Assembly (NCBI GenBank): GCA_051530055.1 | Contig: CM121343.1 | Coordinates: forward strand, 900,389 to 964,388 | DNA length: 64,000 nt | DNA from: Neoechinorhynchus agilis | Taxonomy: Eukaryota > Animalia > Acanthocephala | Direction of reading: 5' to 3' | Shown: piece by piece, positions 1-11,498 of the stretch | Layout of the letters: the number at the start of each line of letters is the position of its first letter | How positions within the stretch are numbered: position 1 is the stretch's first letter | Notes under the pieces: generated by a model | Database searches by the model: none | The model's input: only the letters and a program-made list of their open reading frames with translations | What the model was told of the DNA's origin: nothing | Translations under genes and position numbers: made by a program

Positions 1-112
1 GCTATCTTTCTACCGCTCTCGTTTTCTAGTTGTAAATCACGTATTCTAACGAAATGTCATGAACGATGCCTACACAAAGATTTTGAATTTTCACTTATAA
101 AAAAAGGTTCAG

Positions 113-1349
113 AACGACTGGTACAGGTGGATTTGAGCTCCGACTTGATCATATGACGGAGTGCATAATGCTATGCCGTATAGTCCAAATCGAGTTAAAT
201 ATTTTGAATGCGATGACCACCGAGCAAGGCGTTTACAAGTGTGAATTGGATCTGAACTTTAACAATGCGGAAGCAATGATAAACGCCTCTACTGGTCCTG
301 ATCTAATGCGAATGTTTGACAAACTTCGCGAATTTTGTAAGCAACAGCTACAATCCAGTCGGTCTATACTGTATATGTTGAAACCGGAAACTTCTTCGAG
401 TAGTGTGAAATCCACATCTTTACGTAAAAAAAACTTGCCAAAAATCAAAAATCGCCTTGGGATTTGTGATAAGGGCAATCTAAAGGTAAAAACTACACAC
501 GGTTCCTTGGCAGTATTCCATGGCATGAATTTTAAAGCGAGGCAATGGGCTGTTTTTTCTACAACAAACGCGACTCTAGAATTTGAAGTGAGCCGAGAGG
601 GTCCCAATGAGCTAGTTCAGCGTTTAAATTTGAACCTGGGCAATGTAGAAACAATGGGAAGGTCGGCACTTATTTACCGAGTTATCAAAGGGGCATTGAC
701 CCCTTCTCAGTCGTCGGACATTCGCGACTGGTTTGATTATGCACTCCAATCCGCGCTGAATCCATCGTCCATGCACTCGTATGATCAGACAACCGAGCCA
801 ATTTTCGTAGTGCCACAGTCGCAGTTCAATCTCATTCACCGGGTCATCGATAATAATCGCGTAATTTGCAACTTTCGATCCACGTTTGCCACACATGCAT
901 TGTTCACGTTCAACGCAGATCATTACATGTTCCTGCATGATCTAATCATTCGATACATGAGCGAAAAATCGATTGCCCGATGTTCACTCAGAAGTGCTGA
1001 TTCAAAACGACAATCTGAAAAAAGTCAGTCCCAAACATCTACCATGTCACTCTTGACGCCCATCGATTCAATTAGCATGAGCGAATTGAGCGATGATATC
1101 AGAGTATATGAGTGTCCTTCTGGTCATTGGAAGCTTGAGCCGAATATAAGACTGATTGCTCCTTACGGTAGTGAAGTTGAGCCAGTCGGAGCCGACAAAC
1201 TTTTAGCGAAACTGGGGTTTAAACATGCTAGAATAACTATACCGAAATGGATTCAGCGCAGTATTATGGATAGCAGCTACGCAGTTATCACGACTATCAC
1301 TGATTCGGTAATATTATTATTGCTGCCAGAATGGATGACTAGGGAATGA
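113..1349 (+). CDS. BLTP1: Terminal exon of bridge-like lipid transfer protein 1 (KIAA1109/Tweek/LPD-3 family); gene starts upstream of the window
   Basis: The C-terminus WKLEPNIRLIAPYGSEVEPVGADKLLAKLGFKHARITIPKWIQRSIMD matches the conserved family end (W.LEP..RLI...G..vdPVG.D.lL.KLGF.HAR.TIPKW.QR.vMD). GNVETMGRSA and RLDHM motifs are also present. The frame is open upstream of ATG153 to a putative acceptor at ~112. Confidence 0.9.
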
Positions 1350-2094
1350 ACAAGCCGATCGAATCATAAACTCGGCTATATGTAAATGTCGTTGCCATGT
1401 ATGCGCTTGTATCTTTTATTTTGATTTGCAATCAACGTGCTAATTTGGCTTTTGTGTAAAAATATGGATACAATATGTGAGTATGTTTTTGATCAAGCTA
1501 TTTAATCACTTTTTAAGACTTTACTTGAGACCAAGTGATCTTTGTGTTTCATCAATTGGATTCCTCATAAATGCACTCGGCTCTTGCAAACCCCTTGTTG
1601 AAAATAAAATCTTTAAAAAAAGAATGCGGCATAGACTTTAACGTTCTTTGCGAGTGAAACGCCGAGGTCTCAATGCAATGTAGAAGGCTTGTCCGTTAAT
1701 CAACAAGAAAACATCGGAGTTTGTGTTTATTCGCCCAAAACTCAACAACTAAGGCGAATAGTTCGCCACTAAAAAATCGGCGGAGGAACCATCAATGCCT
1801 TTAAATAGGAACTCTAAAGTCGTTCCCTTTTCACATGAGCAAAGCACTCGTAATCCTAATCTCTCCCCCCCTCATTTTTTCATACCATCAACCGAAATGA
1901 AAAGGAAAAATTTTGCTTAATTTATTTACAACGATTACAATTTATTCCTGTGAACTTCTTGACGTTGCCAGTATACTGGCAGCGTTCCTTCGCTGTATCG
2001 CAATCGCGATTCGTTGAGCGAGGAAATTTCTAGAGCGCGGTTCCCCCTGTCATGCTTTGGTTTCCTGACATGAATATATGTTTGTTTTTAATAA

Positions 2095-2451
2095 ACAACC
2101 ACCGACTTTCGGTGTGAACGGTGTCGGATTGACCGTGGCCACTTGGTCACGTACGTGGGCAAAACAGAAAGGCCACTTCGCCAAAGAGTGACCGAGCATG
2201 TACGAAACTCGTTGAACCCAAGTGCGCAATCGTATGTGACGACACCGTGGACGAAACATTATTCGCGAGTCCACCCGGATGGAACAGTTCAGCTGTCCAC
2301 GCGCATAATGTACAAAGCGCAGGATCCCGTCGAACTGTCGATAGCGGAAGCGCTGATCATATCCCGAGAGACCCGGGATCGTGAGGACTCTAGCGGGCAT
2401 CGGTCGGTAGGACACTCATTAAACAGAAGGATGAGTTGTCTGCCGTCATGA
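2095..2451 (+). mobile_element. Penelope-like element remnant: GIY-YIG endonuclease domain
   Basis: In-frame translation from 2095 gives FRCERCRIDRGHLVTYVGKTERPLRQRVTEH...WTKHYSRVHP...SIAEALII. This is CxxC + Y(I/V)GxT.R.L..R..EH + EAL, typical of the PLE GIY-YIG domain. A hammerhead motif follows 40 nt after the stop. Confidence 0.8.
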
Positions 2452-2489
2452 ATTTCCTGTGAACCTCCACTCCACTCGCATTGCAGATT

Positions 2490-2528
2490 ACACCCTGAAG
2501 AAGCCGTTGGACGGCGAAAGCTAGGTGT
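2490..2528 (+). ncRNA. Minimal type I hammerhead ribozyme motif (PLE-associated)
   Basis: ACACC-CUGAAGA-A-GCCG-UUGGA-CGGC-GAA-AGCU-A-GGUGU: 5-bp stem I, intact core with a 1-nt insert after A9, 4-bp stem II, palindromic AGCU stem III and a CUA cleavage triplet. Confidence 0.8.
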
Positions 2529-3008
2529 TTCAATAAAATCTCTCTCTTTCAGTCGGATTGTCAATCAAACAATCATCAATAGATAAAACATGCGGCTGAA
2601 CAACCAAGCAGCGCTTAGTAATCTTAGTAATCTTCACTCCATAATTAACATTCATTTAACCTATCAGAAATCGAGTGTTTATAAGAACGAAAAACGAGGA
2701 CACTAGTCCTATATTTTTTAGATTAACAAGTGAAACGTATTATTATTATCTTACCAGTTTGCAGGATTTGGCGTTTCCGAAGCTGTGAGCGAATGTTTAA
2801 AAGAAGTCGTTCAATTCGAAATGGCCCGTTTGATGTAATTGCGACTAATCGATCACAACTCAGCTCGCCGTCAGTCGTGTTTAAATTCTGTGGTCGTCTT
2901 CGTCGCACAGTTTAAGAACGGACTCCCCTAGCGCCCCATATGCATCGACCCCCACGAAATCACAGTCAAGAAGATTATTTAAATAAAAGTTCACAAATTT
3001 CGAAATTA

Positions 3009-4612
3009 TCAACACAACAACCAGTTCGCATTTTTCCTTTTTTTTGGATAACCATCAATCATATGAGCATTTTTCCATGCGTAAGCATAAACGAAATCAT
3101 CGGTCAACAAATAGTGATGATTGGCATAAGTAAAAGCCCTGCTAAGATTATGTGGGGCACCGGTAATAAGTTCATCGACGGCGAATACACACTCTTGTAC
3201 TTCACATGGATGAGTACCTGTGAGAACGGCTTGATTCTCGTATTCCTCGTCGAAGAGGAACCAAACGTTGCCTTTAATGAGGAATATGCGGCCATGATGG
3301 AAAATTGCTCCAGTTGGATTAAAAGGAGCAAGTTTTGAGAGTCGCTTTGGGTATTTGGCTTCAAGAGTGAATCCAGCATACTTCCAAACTCGGTTATCTT
3401 TGAACATATACGTGGAACCGGTGATTTCAGAGTACACGGCTGCCATAACATTCGGTTCAAGTCCGGGGAATAGATTTTCGATGTGATACCGTCTAGGTAC
3501 TTTATTTGATTGTACAATAAAAGCGTATTGCATATCAAAGACGTAAATTGAATTTTTGAACCAAGGGATACTGGCAACAGCATCAGGTAAGTGGGTACAA
3601 TAAGGCCGTCTTACATCCTGGACCTGCTTTGTTGACGACCTCTTCACTCCATATATTGCTCTTAAGTTAAAATAGTGAATAATTGCTACAAAGGAACTGA
3701 AACATTTACTATTTTAATGAAGGCATCATGGTCGTCTTGCGATAACGCCCCGTACTTTTGGTCTGAATGGATGACATCGTAAAATGAGTTGGTTTTTATT
3801 CGATCGCTGATCAGTTGTAATCGTCGGCAATAGAAAGGGAACATTATAGATTCCGGAACAAGTGAGTGTGCTAATCCCAATGCGTGTCCTATCTCATGTG
3901 AAACGACTAATCTAAGATTAAACTGACCTTCAGAATGATCGTAGCTATCAGTGAACATTTCATCTGCATCTAAATGGACGCGACCGTCAGTAGGTGCAAA
4001 CGCGTGCCCGACAATGCCGCCGGGTCCATCGAAATTGTATCCATCACCGTGGTTAGCCACCTCGAATGTTATTCGAATGTCCGCGTGTTCGTACTCCGGT
4101 GGAACTTCGTGCAATTCAATGGGCAAAAACTGCCTCCAGTCATCCACGGCTAAACGAATTTGTCCTCTGACTTGGTGCTTATTCAGTAATCCTACGGCTG
4201 TATCTTGTGCACTCCAATATAAAGTCGGTTTGTTCCATCGATAGTGATTATTAGTCGGTTTATCGTTTAGTACATTCGACCTCTTAGTTCGGCGACGACT
4301 TACATCAAAATCAGGGTTTCCACATCTTGGTCTGTGTGTGATTCCATCGATCCATTTAAACTCTTCTTCGTCCTCGTTTCGACCACGATCTTCGTGCTTT
4401 TTATTGGCTGTTGACCCGATAATGCGTACGAGTTTAAGAGCATTTCTTAGCTTAGGCGCTGTAGTCAAATGGTCACTTGCTCCAGCATCCATATATCCAT
4501 AAGACCTGAGCCAATTCAGTAATGACGGTGAAGGCTGGCGGATTGAGTATATTGTTATGATCCGAATAAAAGCGATTAATCCAATGGAGGAAATATGCAG
4601 CGACACGATCAT
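3009..4612 (-). CDS. Matrix metalloproteinase (signal peptide, prodomain, catalytic and hemopexin domains); 2 exons, junction unresolved at ~3642-3720
   Basis: Cysteine switch PRCGNPD, furin site RRRTKR, zinc motif HEIGHALGLAH, Met-turn SIMFP, LSQDD...AIYG, then hemopexin repeats (GSTYMFKDNRVWKY, GYPK, terminal Cys). Confidence 0.93.
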
Positions 4613-4856
4613 GTCTTGATTTTACGATACCAAGTTCAGGGAAACAGACTTGATTTCGCTGTTATGGCATAGCCCGCCGATCCAAGAGTACGAGGAAATC
4701 ACTGGGCACCATTACCGATTCCATTTGCTGAAGCGCTCATACTGAGAAAAACATTTATTGTTATCGATAAGTACCAACCGATTTCGGTCTGTTAGGCGCC
4801 TTCGCTCAATGCTCGAAGACCGTGCGGTTATAAGTTTGTAAGAATCAATACGGATT

Positions 4857-4927
4857 CTCGGATGCCAAGCGAATAAGCGGGACTCATCAGTGAGTTTCCT
4901 CTTCCCTTCAGCGAGGTATTTCGTCCC
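4857..4927 (-). ncRNA. Hammerhead-like motif in non-standard strand order, copy 1 (partly degenerate)
   Basis: Minus strand: GGGAC-GAAA-UACCUC...CUCA-CUGAUGA-GUCCC...GGCAUC-CGAG. Homologous to 37949-38012. Confidence 0.45.
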
Positions 4928-5158
4928 TTTTCTGGTTGTGCGTCATTAGCGGTAACGGATTCGAGCCAGTTGACCCTTAATTGGGTTCAAGCTTTTTTTT
5001 ACGCGTTGCTCAGCCGGTTTCCTTTTTATCGATAAGTATAAGATGATTTTTTACCATGCACGGCACACCGTCCACCGATTTCGGTCTGTTAAGCCTGCGC
5101 GCAATGCCCGATAAAATCGGAACCGGCTGAGCCGGACATAAAGATTTATTGTTTTCTG

Positions 5159-5650
5159 TCACGCGTTCATTAGATATTCTTTGACTTCATCGAGTACATG
5201 ATCTTTGCTACGATCTCTAGCTATTTCGATTCTCTTGACTTCTTGTTTCGCGGGACCCAGAATGACCACCGTCGGAACGCTGAATATCCCAAGGATGTTA
5301 ATAGCAATATCGATCGCTTGGGAAGTAACATCACTTAAATTGAGATCAAATATCACAACTCCGAGATCCTTTAAAGCGCGCTTAAAGTACTCCGCCCAGC
5401 TACAACTATCTTTAAATCCATCCCATTTCGCAGTGGCAATAACCACGCAGGTCTTGTATTGATTCGGGCAAATAAGGTCAAATCGCCCACCGGATTCCGA
5501 TTTCTTTGAGTGATCATTCAATTCCAATCTGGGTGCAGTCGCAATGAAAGTGCAGAAATCATCAATTTCTGTGCCATCGTCGCAAATATGAATTGTCCGA
5601 AAAGTTCCTTCAGAAGATCTCAAAAATTCCTTTCCATGGAAAGGGCTCAA
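5159..5650 (-). CDS. Thioredoxin-fold protein lacking the CxxC motif (5' end probably in an unidentified upstream exon)
   Basis: VVIATAKWDGF... / VVIFDLNL / LGIFSVPTVVIL / EVKRIE align by eye to Trx beta2-W-CGPC, the beta strand, the cis-Pro loop (gi.svPT) and the C-terminal helix. Confidence 0.55.
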   Translation of the reverse strand: MSPFHGKEFLRSSEGTFRTIHICDDGTEIDDFCTFIATAPRLELNDHSKKSESGGRFDLICPNQYKTCVVIATAKWDGFKDSCSWAEYFKRALKDLGVVIFDLNLSDVTSQAIDIAINILGIFSVPTVVILGPAKQEVKRIEIARDRSKDHVLDEVKEYLMNA

Positions 5651-5859
5651 ACTGAACCAACGCTTAATACATTTTTCAAAATTACGTAGATTTGTTCTTT
5701 TTAAATGTTATACACACGGAGCGTAAAGTGCCTTTTCGTATAATAGGTTAATAAATTAGTCCACTAAAATCATCAACAGAAAAATCCTTACCGGATCGCG
5801 AAACGCAGGGATTACGTGCCGACAAAGGCCCCTGACCTCGGAAATGGCGATCCCGCGAA

Positions 5860-6180
5860 CCCGAGCCATACAATACAAAACAACTAAAACCCTCTTATAC
5901 GATTGATGAGGCCTCCTCGCGAAATATCTCAATAAAGTGTGTTTTATCCGGGTGGGGATTATGATCACCACATCTCTATCACCCCGGTGGATTTTTTCTG
6001 AATGATTACTTTAAAAAATATTGAATTGAAATAATTCGCGAGGAAGTCGAATAGCGATCTCGCGTACCCGAGCCATACAATATAACTAAATTCCATTTTG
6101 ACGAGTGATGAGGCCTCCTCGCCAAATATCCCAATAAAATATATTTTATCCGAGAATTATAATCACCACATCTCCAGTAT
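5860..6180. repeat. Two diverged direct copies of a ~190-bp unit
   Basis: CGAGCCATACAATA...GATGAGGCCTCCTCGC.AAATATC.CAATAAA...TTTTATCCG...TATAATCACCACATCTC occurs at ~5860-5977 and ~6068-6176. Confidence 0.8.
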
Positions 6181-6410
6181 ACTATTGTATTTAACATCAA
6201 AAAGTAAACTGAGGCATTTCCATACTTCCTATGTAAATTTTACTTCCTCTCATGTGTGAAAAAGCTTTTTCCGCAAAGATCATAACCCTTTTCACGTCAA
6301 AACGCAATCATCTCAGATTGGGGTTTACATTCATTTTCAATATGACGAAGCCCGAATTCTGCATCGTTGGTTGAATTTAATAAAATAGTATGTTAAAGAT
6401 TGATTTGTTC

Positions 6411-6560
6411 ATGTTTTTATATATAGCGGAAAAATTGAAGTAATTTATTAAATCCTATATCTCGGAAAAAATTACAATCTCGATGAAGGCACAAGATTGT
6501 GCCGAAATATCGGATTCACTGAATAAATTACTTCAATTTTTCCGCCGTATATAAAAACAT
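6411..6560. mobile_element. MITE-like inverted repeat (~40-bp arms)
   Basis: ATGTTTTTATATATAGCGGAAAAATTGAAGTAATTTATT pairs with AATAAATTACTTCAATTTTTCCGCCGTATATAAAAACAT. Confidence 0.65.
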
Positions 6561-6597
6561 AATAAAATAGTGCAGTGCATAATTCCAGCATATTCGT

Positions 6598-6897
6598 TTA
6601 CAATATTTTTGAGAGCTTCTGATTTATATGTCGATTCTCCGAGGAATGATTAATTATTTGAACAGCACAGGGTACACCTAATATATGAAATTTTCGGCAA
6701 AGTTTTGGAAATTTCGTTATATCGATACGTATAACGTAATAGAAGGCTTGACCTTGTTCGACGATTTTCTTAAGCTCGTGCTTAAGTTTCCTGCATCGTG
6801 GAATATTTTTCATTTCAAATAATATGATTTTTATTTGCGGATATGATGGTCGACTAAGTATACCCTCAAGACTTTCATTGCTAGACAATTTATACAT
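6598..6897 (-). CDS. Small thioredoxin-like protein, monocysteinic (xxxC)
   Basis: 99-aa intronless ORF: KIILFEMKNIPRCRKLK / VIRIDITKFPKLCRKFHILGVP fits the Trx pattern (iv.F...wC..C..l / vd.d....l...f.I.gvP). Confidence 0.55.
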   Translation of the reverse strand: MYKLSSNESLEGILSRPSYPQIKIILFEMKNIPRCRKLKHELKKIVEQGQAFYYVIRIDITKFPKLCRKFHILGVPCAVQIINHSSENRHINQKLSKIL

Positions 6898-7879
6898 TAG
6901 CTATAAATTTAAGAAGCAACGTCTACTACACTGAACACACAAGTGTTCATTTTTTCAACTACCAATTTCCAATTATTCATTCTGATTGAGTAATTATGAA
7001 TTTGACACAAAAGTACCTGTACGTATGAACACTGCAAACGTTTCTCAATGAATATGTCAATTATGAGTAGAGTGATCACATTTTCGTCACTTTCACGCTT
7101 CAGCGTGTTGAACTAAATTTTGATATTGTACAATTATCTTTATATTTTTTTAAATTCTCCGGCAAAAACTAGGATTAGCCACACTGACTTCAGTGCCCGC
7201 TATATTCCCTATTCGCTTTTGGATTATTCTAAAATACAATATCACCGCAAATTTAGCGACAAATCCGCAGCAATCAAACAATAACATGGTATTTTCGCGT
7301 ATATAGCTTTGTAATTAACTATATTATGCAAAAGTGTAAAATAACTTTGTTTTCAGTTTACAATTGCAATAGCAGCCCGCATAAGTTTTAGATTGCAATC
7401 TAGAATTAGCAGGATGTTTTTATTGGTTGTTTAAGCAAGAACGAGAAAGCCTTATAAATCGGAGTAGTACTTAAATGAATTTCAGTTTTAGGAGATAAGT
7501 TCTGCGTCATCCCTGCCTATTTAGATAACCGAATTATAGTGACCCTCAGGCATATCTACGGATGTTTTTGAGTACACACAACTAAAGGCAATTCAAAAAA
7601 CAAACATTTAATGCGGTTGATGCGACGCCGAGATGCTAAAGGTATGCACGATAGATACAAAGAATTAGGATCGCTGTCGAAATTATTACTTGTGTTCAAT
7701 GACTGTTTGAAAATTAGATTGACCTTTAACTGCGTGATTATGAGGATTCAAAAATCCGATGGGTCTAATTCCTTAGACACAAAAATTAATGAAACATGTT
7801 ATTATTGGCGACAAACATTCGGCAAAGGCATCCACAATACAGTACTTCATAAACTGAAGGTAATGAACAACATCCAAGG

Positions 7880-9600
7880 TTGATGGGCGAGACCAAAGTG
7901 TAAGAAAGATGAAAATATGAGGAAATAGATGTAAGGATTAAAAAGCAAGAAGAGAAGGCGAAGGAAAGACGGAGAAAGGTGAATGGAAAGGGAAAGTAGC
8001 AAGAAGGCAACGGGCGGAGGATTGCAAGACAATATTGGAAGATGGAGATAGAGGCAGAGGGGTTAAATGACTAAAATGTGGATTACGAGAGATAATATGG
8101 AGAAGGCAAGGTAGCAAAATAAGAAGGAAAAAAAGAAAGTGGATTGAAGGGTAAGGAATGGCGAGATAGGAAAATGGAATGAATAAATTGAATGGTTGGG
8201 CTACGATCGAAAAATGCAAAGATAAAGGGAAAAGGGGGAGGAGGATGGTAAAGGCGATAAGGAAAGTTAAATGAGGAAAGGGTAGAAGGTAAATAGGTGC
8301 AAAGGATCGGAAATTAGCAAGAATGTATAGAATGGCGTAAAAGGGGCGGTTGACAAGGGAACGAAAAATGAGAAAATAAAGTGATACGATGAACAATTTT
8401 AAGCGAGCAAAGGAAACGGTTAAAGGGAAATGCGGGAATAAAGGTCGGTTGTCGAAAGATCATGTGAAGGACGGTTGAAAGAGAAGAGTATAGAGAAGTA
8501 AGAATATTGAAAACTAATGAAAAAAGAAGTAAGCAAGAAGACGATCGGAAATGGGTTATGTGAATCAAGTCAAGATTAGAGCTAAAAGAAAGGGAAAACT
8601 TGGATGATCGCAAATAATCGTGTCGAAATTGGCGTTGGAGAGGAAATGACAAAAAAGGTTGAAAATCGAAAAGGGCGATGCGATAGTGAAATTAGCATTA
8701 AGCAAAGGGGAAATTAAGAGTATGTGGAAGTGGGGAAAAATTATATATCAAAGAAGCACTTTAATTGAAATATTTCGTCCAATCACGCTGGACTTCTTGA
8801 ATCAATTATTGTTTTGCAAGTGTTTACGACGATAGAAAGAGAAAGGGGCAAAAATAGACTCGAAATGTGGGAAATCTAAGAGAGGAACGAATCGGAATAA
8901 TAGTTGGCAAACTATAATGGGATTATGGAAAGAAGGAAAGATGGGATTAATTGCTTCCTTAACATGAAGGCTAGGCATAAGAATTCGGAAAGGAAATTTC
9001 GGATACCATTTACATATTCAGCCTAGGAAGGTTAATGATCTCCTAAGATAGTACAGCGTGGCCTCTCTTAAATCTGCCGCCTAGGAAAGTTTCTGAAGCT
9101 TCGGATGTGACTGCTTCACTTAAAAGGATAATCTCAATAATCGCCTACATTAGAATCCCGCCACTTAAAAGTTACAGAATTTTCGAGCTCTACCTTGAAT
9201 TTATGGGTTCGTTAGGGTTGTACTCGCGAGAAATAACAATGGAACTGCCATAAGAAGGCTTTATTCGCCATGAGGTAACAAGCAGTAGATTGCGTTGACG
9301 TTCTCATCAAAACAAACAACGGACAAAATCTTTACAAAATTGTGGATTATTCTTAATTCTCGCATACAAGTCTACGCAACACAATACTGCGATGAAAATA
9401 TTTTCTTCCTTTGGAGGAATTAACCGAACATAACATGAATGGAACATTGCACATTGAAACGAAAACTTTCGAAAAACGCAGCATCTTCGAGAAGGGTTTA
9501 AAGTGGACGAAGATTAAATCTACTCAAATATTTCTTTGGATTTATGGGGTACATTGAACCGCTCGCTAAGCACCAAGGGGAAAAAGCAATAACTGATTTT
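7880..9600 (+). mobile_element. Heavily degraded Penelope-like reverse transcriptase remnant
   Basis: Strongly purine-rich + strand with colinear RT-like vestiges across frames: NDKKG (~8645), FRPIT (~8775), IASL (~8952), MGSLGLYSREITME (~9205; cf. MGSPLSP.lA.i.ME), VDVLI (~9293) and NSRIQ...ENIFFL (~9355-9412; cf. N....I.FT.E...l.FLD). Many stops and frameshifts. Confidence 0.5.
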
Positions 9601-10349
9601 TGATTCTAAATTCTAAGAAAGGCGAAAACATTGAATCAAGAATCTAGGCTAAGTGCTCTACCAAACGCAACAACAAACAACAGACAACACAAACAATGAG
9701 ACAAGAGGAACAAAATTTTGAACTATGTGACGCTTTTTGTTTCTTTCGCATTTGACGCTTGTCAAATTCATCACGAAGGTTCTCGTCGCTTTTCGTCATC
9801 ATTGTGTAAATGTCACTTTCTGTGCTTTGCGACTTGAAGTCATTTCAATACAAATCAAAGAATTGGGAACTTTAAATAACGACGATGTCGAATTTTGATG
9901 GTTTAATTTTTTAAAATTCGGACGATCTGTATTTTGTTCATTGACTATAAAAGAACGGCTCAACAGTTTCACAAGATTTTCTTCAAGTTTACGATTGACG
10001 CTTATTTAAAATTTGAATAATTTTGGTGTTTGTCTTCTCGAGGTTGGTTCTCGGCTTAAAAAATTACGATGAACTTATTCAAACTTCTGATTGAGTTTCT
10101 CGAGTTCTCCAGCCTCTAGAACTAACGATTCGGACGCGACAAATATCGTTCCTTATATTTTATCCATTGTTACTATTATCAAAACCGGATAGATTTGATG
10201 ATGGAGTAATTGGGAATCATTGGATTCTTTTTTAAAAATCAGCAACCATTGAAGATAAAAACCAAGGCATCATAAAATCTCCCACTTTTTAATTCTTTTC
10301 ATTTGTCGCCAATTTTAAGTGAATTTTGGCTATTAACCTCGACCGTTAG

Positions 10350-11400
10350 TAATAGAGCGGAACGAGTCGTTTATTTCCTCGAATTAATTTAGATCGGACA
10401 CCATTCGGATACGAGATCGGTTTCGGATAACCGAATACTCAATGTGATTTATCCAGTTTTTCAAGCTCGACTACAGATATCACATCGCATTCGGGAGGTG
10501 GAAGTGGTTAATAAAGGCAAAAATAAAGTAGAATCACGTAATTTTATCTTTATTATTGAAAATAATCACTTATTTTTCTGTTGGTACACCTTCGTTTTTT
10601 CGCTGTAAGATTCTCTTTTAGTAACAGACGTTGAGTAGGACAGCATTCCGATCCGGATAATCGACGTTCCACTGCATTAAAATCCCAGGCGTTCGATTTG
10701 GACAGAAGAACCACTCATTTATTTCCTCGAATTAATTTAAATCGGACACCATTCGGATACGAGATCGGTTTCGGATAACCGAATACTCAATGTGATTCAT
10801 CTAGTTTTTAAATCTTGGCTACAGATATCACATAGCATTCGGGAGGTGGAAGTTGTTAAAAAAAGGCAAAAATAAAGTAGAATCACGTAATTTTTGCTTT
10901 GGCTTCTGTTTGTTAGTATTTTTCGTTGCGGAGGTCTTTGATTTTCTTGAGTGACACTAAGCATTGTGATGCGGATAATTTACTTTCCATTGAATTTAAC
11001 TTTAAGAAACAATTTCTACCACTCCAAAATACATTCTCTACGTTCGTTTTCTTTGAAAGCATCGGAAAAATGTCATTTTAAAAATCTTAAATGGGGATTT
11101 TTTTCTGAAATTAAAATACAGTAGAACGAGTCTTTTATTTCCTCGAAATTATTGGGGCCGGACATCATTCAGATACGAGATCGGTTTCGTATAATCGAAA
11201 ACTCGATGTGAAATGTTTTTAACATTCTTGAGTTGGAAGAGAGAATCACGTAATTTTATCTTTATGATTGAAAATAATCGCTTATTTGGTTTCTGTATGT
11301 TAGTATTTTTCGTTGCGGGGGTCTTTGATTTTCTTGAGTGACACTTAGCATTGTGATGCGGATAATTAACGGGGTTTTTGATAATTGACGTTCCACTGTA
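10350..11400. mobile_element. Three tandem ~290-330 bp MITE-like copies with pogo/Tigger-type termini
   Basis: The shared core TTTATTTCCTCGAA...GATACGAGATCGGTTTCG.ATAA.CGAA occurs at ~10370, ~10720 and ~11135. Termini are TACAGTAGAACG (11117) and GACGTTCCACTGTA (11387-11400) / CGACGTTCCACTGCA (~10662-10676). Confidence 0.7.
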
Positions 11401-11498
11401 TGCTTAAATTCCAATTGACTCAATAGTGAAAATTAATTCTAATCATACGAGCTTGGTATCTAGCTGACTCAATTATTAAACTTCCCGTAAATTCCTAG

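Noticed and set aside
7786-8652. Minus-strand F/L/S-rich ORFs as membrane proteins
   Set aside because: They are shadows of the purine-rich opposite strand.
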